NCBI GenBank assembly: GCA_963822965.1
Contig: CAWGJT010000005.1
Coordinates: 512,001-576,000 of the forward strand
From: an uncultured delta proteobacterium
Lineage (GTDB): Bacteria > Myxococcota_A > UBA9160 > UBA4427
DNA: 64,000 bases
Direction: 5' to 3'
The position numbers and the translations under genes are program-made. Below, piece after piece: positions 58,713 to 64,000 of this stretch. The notes below the pieces were generated by a model that ran no database searches, was not told the origin of the DNA, and was given only the letters and a program-made list of their open reading frames with translations. Each line of letters begins with the position of its first letter. Position 1 is the first letter of the stretch.

Positions 58713-59564
58713 TCACACGTCGAAGCGGAAGTACTGGCCGTCGCGCACGATGCGCCCCGCCGTGGGCGCGGCGAAGTGGGTGCCGAGCACGAGAACCGGT
58801 CCGTCCGCATAGGTCTCGAGGAAGCGGAGCCGGGTCTCCTGGGCGAGCGCGCCGTCGACGTCCGCCGTGTCCGTCCAGTCCGGGTGCGCCATCTGCAGGG
58901 GGTGGTGGAACAGGTCGCCGGTGATGATCGCCTGCTCGCCCCGGGACTCGACGACCACGCTCACGTGGCCCGGCGTGTGGCCGGGGGTCGGGATGAGCCG
59001 CACCTCGTCGGTCACCACGTGATCCATCCCGACGAGGTCGACGAGATCGGCCTCGAAGATCGGCAGGACCGAGTCGTACTTCGCCTCCGGCGAGAAGGGG
59101 TCCTCCTCGTCCTTCCAGAAGGCCCACTCCGCCTCGCCCACGAGGTAGCGGGCGTTCGGGAAGGTGGGCACCCAGCGCCCGTCCTGCTTCACCGTGTTCC
59201 AGCCCACGTGATCGAAGTGCAGGTGGGTGCAGAGCACCCGGTCGACGCCGGCCGCCGCGAAGCCGATGCCCTCGAGGTCCTCGAGGAAGCTCGACTGCGG
59301 CAGGGGCATGTCCAGCAGCGGCCGGTTCTTGCCGGCGCCCACGCAGGTGTCGACCACGATGCGCGCGTCACCCGAACGGATCGCGAAGGCGTGGATGCTG
59401 AGGAGCATGTTGCCGTCGCCGTCCAGGAAGTGCGGACACAGCCAGCCGTGCAGGTCGGCGATCGCCTCGGGCACGGCCTGGGGAACCAAGCCGGTCGGGG
59501 GCAGCGGGACCACGACGTCCACCACCCGGGTGATCTCCACGTCGCCGATCTTCCAGGTCTCCAT
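58713..59564 (-). CDS. MBL-fold metallo-hydrolase
   Basis: THLHFDHVGWN, TPGHTPGH, GDLFHH, GTHF. Confidence 0.92.
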   Translation of the reverse strand: METWKIGDVEITRVVDVVVPLPPTGLVPQAVPEAIADLHGWLCPHFLDGDGNMLLSIHAFAIRSGDARIVVDTCVGAGKNRPLLDMPLPQSSFLEDLEGIGFAAAGVDRVLCTHLHFDHVGWNTVKQDGRWVPTFPNARYLVGEAEWAFWKDEEDPFSPEAKYDSVLPIFEADLVDLVGMDHVVTDEVRLIPTPGHTPGHVSVVVESRGEQAIITGDLFHHPLQMAHPDWTDTADVDGALAQETRLRFLETYADGPVLVLGTHFAAPTAGRIVRDGQYFRFDV

Positions 59565-59597
59565 GCAATCCCCCCTCCGGCCGCCGCCGGGCCGACC

Positions 59598-60275
59598 TCA
59601 GCCGGCGGTGCCGGTCTCCGGACGCGGATCGGCTTCCGATTGCTCGATCTCGGACTGCAGGGCGTCGTTCTTGTCCCGCAGCCGCTTCAGCAGCAGGGTG
59701 GCGCCCCCTTCGGTGACGATCGGCCGGAACTGCGAGCGGAAGTTCCCCACCAGGCTCACGCCCTCGATGATGACGTCGATCACCAGCCACTGGCCGTGCA
59801 CCTCGCGCATGCGGTAGCTCAGCTCGGCGCCATCGAACTGGCCGCCCACCACCTCGCTGTTCACGGTGACGTCGCCGCGCTGCTCGGGCACCTCGGAGGT
59901 CACCTTCACCTGCACGCCCTCGTAGCGGCTGAGCCGCCGTCCGTAGCTGCGCGCCAGGTGGGTCTTGAACTCCTCGATGAACTCCTTCCGCTGCTCGGGG
60001 GTGAACTTGCGCCAGGGACGCGCGATCACCAGCTTGCCCATGGTGTCGAAGTCGAAGCGTTCGTAGGCGATGTTCGCGATGCGGTCCCGGCGGTCGTCCT
60101 CGGACGCGCCCTTCTCGTTCAGGATGGTGATGATCTGGGCGAGGGTGTCCTCGACCACCTTCCGCGCCGCGACGGCGGGCTCGCCGGACGCGGGACCGGC
60201 GCCGCCGAGGAGCAGCGCCGCCAGGACCAGGACGGACGTCGCGCGGCGCGCGCCCCCTTCACTCGTTCGTTCCAC
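59598..60275 (-). CDS. mlaC: MlaC/Ttg2D periplasmic lipid shuttle
   Basis: FDFDTMGKLVI..W, DVIIEGVSLV.NFRSQF. Confidence 0.9.
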   Translation of the reverse strand: MERTSEGGARRATSVLVLAALLLGGAGPASGEPAVAARKVVEDTLAQIITILNEKGASEDDRRDRIANIAYERFDFDTMGKLVIARPWRKFTPEQRKEFIEEFKTHLARSYGRRLSRYEGVQVKVTSEVPEQRGDVTVNSEVVGGQFDGAELSYRMREVHGQWLVIDVIIEGVSLVGNFRSQFRPIVTEGGATLLLKRLRDKNDALQSEIEQSEADPRPETGTAG

Positions 60276-61161
60276 CGTCGCCTGCCCCTTCCGCCGGGGA
60301 GTCCACCTTCCGGCCGTCTTCCGCCCCGTCCTGCTGCCCGCCGACCTCGCCGGCGTCGGCTCCGCCTGCGCCTTCGTCGTCGGCCTCGTCGTCGGCCTCG
60401 TCGTCGAAATAATAGAGGTCTTCCTCGCTCTCGGAAGCCTCCTCGGCGGCGGCCTCCGGCTCGGTTCCCAGCAGGCGGTGCTCGCGGTTCTGGAGGTAGG
60501 CGTTGCGGACGAAGACGTAGAAGTCGAACGCCTCCTCGCGGCTCTGGGCGATCTCCTCGAGGTAGATGGCACGCTTGTTGAGCAGCTCGGTGGCCCGGGC
60601 GGCGACTGGGACGTAGATGGGCACGAAGTACGAGTACACGCTGCCCATGGAGTCCACCCCGAGGCCCACGGTGTCCCGCACCGTCGAGGCCCCCAGGATG
60701 GGCAGGACGAGGTAGGGCCCCTGGGGCGCCCCCCAGTGGCCCAGGGTGAGCCCGAAGTCCTCCGGGTGGTGGGGCCAGTCGACCTTCGACGCCACGTCCA
60801 CGAAGCCGGCAATCCCCACCGTGGAGTTCAGCACGAAGCGCCAGATCTCCAGGTAGCCGTGCTCGATCTCGCCCTGCAGCAGGTTGTTCGCGATGAAGAC
60901 GGGCGCCCGGAGGTTCTCGAAGAAGTTCGCGATGCCGGTCTGCGCGAACTCCGGTAGCACGAAGTCCCAGCCCTTCGCGACGGGCTCGACCACCCAGCGA
61001 TCGGCCGTCTCGTTGAACGCGAAGGTTCCGCGGTTCACCTTCTCCCACGGGTCCGGCCCGCCGGACGTCGAGCAGCCGAAGGCGCCGGCCCAAGTCGCCG
61101 CACAGGCGACGAGCACGAGGGTCCTCCGGAGACGCGTCCTGCGCCGGGGTGCGGGCTCCAT
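60259..61161 (-). CDS. mlaA: MlaA/VacJ lipoprotein with acidic tail
   Basis: DPWEKVNR..FAFN, NSTVGIAG, EDFGLTLG, GPYLVLPILG.STVRD. Confidence 0.92.
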   Translation of the reverse strand: MEPAPRRRTRLRRTLVLVACAATWAGAFGCSTSGGPDPWEKVNRGTFAFNETADRWVVEPVAKGWDFVLPEFAQTGIANFFENLRAPVFIANNLLQGEIEHGYLEIWRFVLNSTVGIAGFVDVASKVDWPHHPEDFGLTLGHWGAPQGPYLVLPILGASTVRDTVGLGVDSMGSVYSYFVPIYVPVAARATELLNKRAIYLEEIAQSREEAFDFYVFVRNAYLQNREHRLLGTEPEAAAEEASESEEDLYYFDDEADDEADDEGAGGADAGEVGGQQDGAEDGRKVDSPAEGAGDGGTNE

Positions 61162-61175
61162 CTGCCTTTCCGGGA

Positions 61176-61631
61176 TCAATCCTCGAGCGCGTCGCCGTGG
61201 ACGAGGCGTCCCACGAGCTTGTCGAGGCTGAGGGCACTCTCGGTGTAGGTGAACGTCTCGCCGGGCTTCATCAGCTGGTCTTCGGCACCGGGCTCGAGCG
61301 AGACGAACTGGTCGCCCAGCAGCCCCGCCGTGCGGATCGCCGCCGACGAATCGATGGGCAGCTGGATCCGCGGATCGAGGTCCAGGGAGACCCGGGCGCG
61401 CAGATCGTCGTCGAGCCCGATGGACGAGACCTGTCCCACCTTGACGCCGGAGATCTTGACCGGGGATCGCTCGGACAGGCCGCCGACGTCGTCGAACACC
61501 GCGACGAGCTCGAAGCCGCCCTCCCCCAGGTAGGAGACACCGCCGATCTGGGCCGACAGGTACCCGACGGCCAGTAGGCCCGCGAGCACGAAGAGACCGA
61601 CGATGAAGTCGCGCGTGGTGGTCGTCTGCAT
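61176..61631 (-). CDS. mlaD: MlaD MCE protein
   Basis: FDDVGGL...VKISGVKVG, IRTAGLLGDQFV, TESA. Confidence 0.92.
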   Translation of the reverse strand: MQTTTTRDFIVGLFVLAGLLAVGYLSAQIGGVSYLGEGGFELVAVFDDVGGLSERSPVKISGVKVGQVSSIGLDDDLRARVSLDLDPRIQLPIDSSAAIRTAGLLGDQFVSLEPGAEDQLMKPGETFTYTESALSLDKLVGRLVHGDALED

Positions 61632-61655
61632 GTTCCTCTACTCCCGGCGTCCGGC

Positions 61656-62435
61656 CTAGACGCCCCAGAAGGCGGTGATGACGTAGTCCGTGAGAAGCAG
61701 CCATACGGAGGTGGTCACCACCGTCGAGGTGGTGGACCGAGAGACCCCCGCCGCGTGGGGCGGGCTCGTGTAGCCGCGATAGGTGGCGATGACGCCGAGC
61801 AGCACGCCGAAGACCGCCGCCTTGACGAGGCTCTGCAGCACGTCGTCGCCGAACTCCACGGCGTTCTCGAGGCTCGACATGTAGCTGCCGCCGTCGAGAC
61901 CGACGAGATGCACCCCCACCACGTAGCCGCCGAAGATGCCGAACACGATGAAGAGGGACGAGAGCAGCGGCATCACCAGGGCCAGGGCCAGGGCCTTGGG
62001 CATCACCACGAAGTGCATCGGGTCGACGGACATCATGCGCAGACCGTCGAGCTGCTCGGTGGACACCATGGCGCCGATCTCGGCGGTGGTGGCCGAGCCC
62101 GCACGGCCAATCACCAGCAGTCCGGTGAAGACCGGCCCCAGCTCGCGAATCAGCACGAGACCCACCACGGCGCCCAGGGATTCCTGGGCGCCGAAGCGCA
62201 CCAGGGTCGTGTAGCCCTGCAGGCCGAGCACCATGCCCACCGCGAAGCCCGCGCCGCAGATCAGGGCGATCGACAGGACGCCGGCGTCGTAGACCGCCCG
62301 GACCATGCGCTGCACCCGCACGGGCGGGCGGAAGACGGCTCGGCCGATGCCGCCCGCGAAGGCCGCGATGCGGCCGAGCCCGACGATCCACTCCGACGCG
62401 TAGGCACCCAGGCGCTCCGGCGACAGGAAGCTCAT
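61656..62435 (-). CDS. mlaE: MlaE permease
   Basis: GMVLGLQG, RELGPV, RAGSA.TAEIG.M..EQLD, GVSRSTT. Confidence 0.93.
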   Translation of the reverse strand: MSFLSPERLGAYASEWIVGLGRIAAFAGGIGRAVFRPPVRVQRMVRAVYDAGVLSIALICGAGFAVGMVLGLQGYTTLVRFGAQESLGAVVGLVLIRELGPVFTGLLVIGRAGSATTAEIGAMVSTEQLDGLRMMSVDPMHFVVMPKALALALVMPLLSSLFIVFGIFGGYVVGVHLVGLDGGSYMSSLENAVEFGDDVLQSLVKAAVFGVLLGVIATYRGYTSPPHAAGVSRSTTSTVVTTSVWLLLTDYVITAFWGV

Positions 62436-63247
62436 CGACTGCCTCCGGCGGCGATGTGCTGCGCGAGGCTCGCGCCGTCGGCGCCCAGGAACTCCTTGAT
62501 CTCCGAGTCGCTGCTGGTCGCGAGCGAATCGGGCGTGCCCGTAACGGCGCGGCCGTGGCGCAGCAACACGATCTGGTCGCTCATCCGCAGCGACGAGGCC
62601 ATGTGGTGCGAGGTGACGATCAGGGTGAGACCCCGCGTGCGGCAGAGCTCGCCGAAGAGCTCCTCGATGCGGTCCACGTTCGGCGGATCGAGGCCGGAGA
62701 AAGGCTCGTCGCAGAGCACGATCTCGGGATCCATGATGATGGCGCGCGCCAGAGCCACCCGGCGCAGCATGCCGCCGGACAGCTGTCCCGGCAGCAGCTC
62801 GTCCACGCCCTCCAGGCCCACCGCCTCGAGGCGTTCGTGGATGGCGTCACGAATCTCCCCCTCGCCCATCTTCGTGCGCTCGCGCAGCGGCAGCCCGACG
62901 TTCTCGAAGACGGTCATCGAGTCCATCAGCGCGCCGTGCTGGAAGAGCATGCCCAACCGGCGCCGCACCCGCTGGACCTCGCCTTCGGGCAGCGCCGCCA
63001 CGTCGTCCCCGGCCACCAGCACGCGCCCCGCGTCGGGGCGCAGCAGCCCGCCGATCATCCGCAGCACGGTGCTCTTGCCGGAGCCGCTGCCGCCCATCAG
63101 CACGGTGATCCGGGCCCGCGAGAAGCGGCAGGAGAGATCCTCGAAGATCGCCCGTTCGCCGAAGGCGAGCCGGACCGAATCGAGCTCGACGTGGACGGCG
63201 GGGTCGAGCTCCACTCGGACGGCGTCTGCAGCCTGCGATTCCCTCAC
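62432..63247 (-). CDS. mlaF: MlaF ABC ATPase
   Basis: GGSGSGKS, LFQHGAL, LSGGM, DEPFSGLDP. Confidence 0.92.
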   Translation of the reverse strand: MRESQAADAVRVELDPAVHVELDSVRLAFGERAIFEDLSCRFSRARITVLMGGSGSGKSTVLRMIGGLLRPDAGRVLVAGDDVAALPEGEVQRVRRRLGMLFQHGALMDSMTVFENVGLPLRERTKMGEGEIRDAIHERLEAVGLEGVDELLPGQLSGGMLRRVALARAIIMDPEIVLCDEPFSGLDPPNVDRIEELFGELCRTRGLTLIVTSHHMASSLRMSDQIVLLRHGRAVTGTPDSLATSSDSEIKEFLGADGASLAQHIAAGGSR

Positions 63248-63518
63248 GACCGCCAGCGGTCCCCCCGGCGGCCGAGGTTAACCCGGATCATGGGTGAAGT
63301 CCGTCGCGAGTGCGCAGAAAGCGCCGGGACGCCCGGCGTCGCAACGACCCTGCCGCCGGCGCGCCCGGACGGCCGCGCGACGGGTCCGACGCAACTCGAC
63401 AACAGCGTTCCGGCTGCCACCATCCCCTCCGGGCCCTGCATCCCCTTTGCGCGGCGCCCTCGCTCGGGCGCGCGGTCCGGGGATCGCATCGGCTGCATCG
63501 GCATACGGGAGCCTCTCC

Positions 63519-64000
63519 ATGAAGCTCGGCATCAACGTGCGCGTGATGGGCGAGGCCGCGCAGGCCGCGACGCTCCTCGAGTGCGCGCGTCATGCCGAGG
63601 ACGCCGGCCTCGACGAGCTCTGGGTGGCGGATCACGTGGCAATTCCGCCGGACGACGCCGACGGCTCGGACGGCCGCTACCTCGACCCCCTCTCCACCCT
63701 GGCCTGGCTCGCCGGCGCCACCCGACACATCGGACTCGGAACCAGCGTGCTGATCCTGCCGTACCGCCCCGCCCTGCCCACCGCAAAGGCCGTGGCCACG
63801 ATCCAGGAGCTGTCCGGGGGTCGCCTCAGCCTGGGCGTCGGCGTCGGCTGGATGGACGCGGAGTTCCGCGCCCTGGGCGTGGACCGCCATCGGCGCGGGC
63901 CCATCGCGGACCGCACCCTCGACCTGCTGCGCCGGTGCTTCGACACCCCGGACGACGTGGTGATGGAGAATGGGCAGCGCTTCTACTTCCGGCCCCGGCC
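63519..64000 (+). CDS. LLM-class (F420-type) oxidoreductase, 5' part; runs off window
   Basis: Manual translation: MKLGINVRVMG...LWVADHVAIP...LDPLSTLAWLAG...GTSVLILPYR...SGGRLSLGVGVGW. Confidence 0.88.
   Translation, partial: MKLGINVRVMGEAAQAATLLECARHAEDAGLDELWVADHVAIPPDDADGSDGRYLDPLSTLAWLAGATRHIGLGTSVLILPYRPALPTAKAVATIQELSGGRLSLGVGVGWMDAEFRALGVDRHRRGPIADRTLDLLRRCFDTPDDVVMENGQRFYFRPR

Noticed and set aside
63248..63518. Possible riboswitch or ncRNA in the 270-bp divergent gap (also 31877-32176)
   Set aside because: No recognisable conserved RNA motif; an Rfam scan would be needed.

Overview
Very GC-rich chromosomal window (roughly 70%+ by eye) from a diderm bacterium. It encodes Mla and Pqi MCE systems, lipoproteins and a Prc protease. 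The gene repertoire suggests a Myxococcota-like lineage (inference only). About 60 densely packed CDSs include: a MerR-led menG-menF-menD menaquinone operon, class I fumarase, GrxD/BolA, a MocR regulator with a PLP decarboxylase, acyl-CoA enzymes, parE/parC, a bufferin-type MNIO (DUF692) RiPP cluster, dusB, ggt, pqiAABC and mlaFEDAC. No rRNA, tRNA, CRISPR array or transposase was seen. Most notable: (1) a dispersed candidate sulfoquinovose/sulfolipid utilisation region, with a SmoC-like monooxygenase, a GH188-like NAD+-dependent sulfoquinovosidase coupled to a GPH-type MFS transporter and an atypical kinase, and a two-dehydrogenase/two-TIM-barrel redox-elimination module instead of the usual SmoA/SmoB/GH31 partners; (2) two CTAG-bounded MITE-like elements that share a covarying hairpin core but have unrelated terminal inverted repeats; (3) tandem repeats anchored on stop codons that decay away from the gene. 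Family calls rest on motifs recognised from memory, not on database searches.
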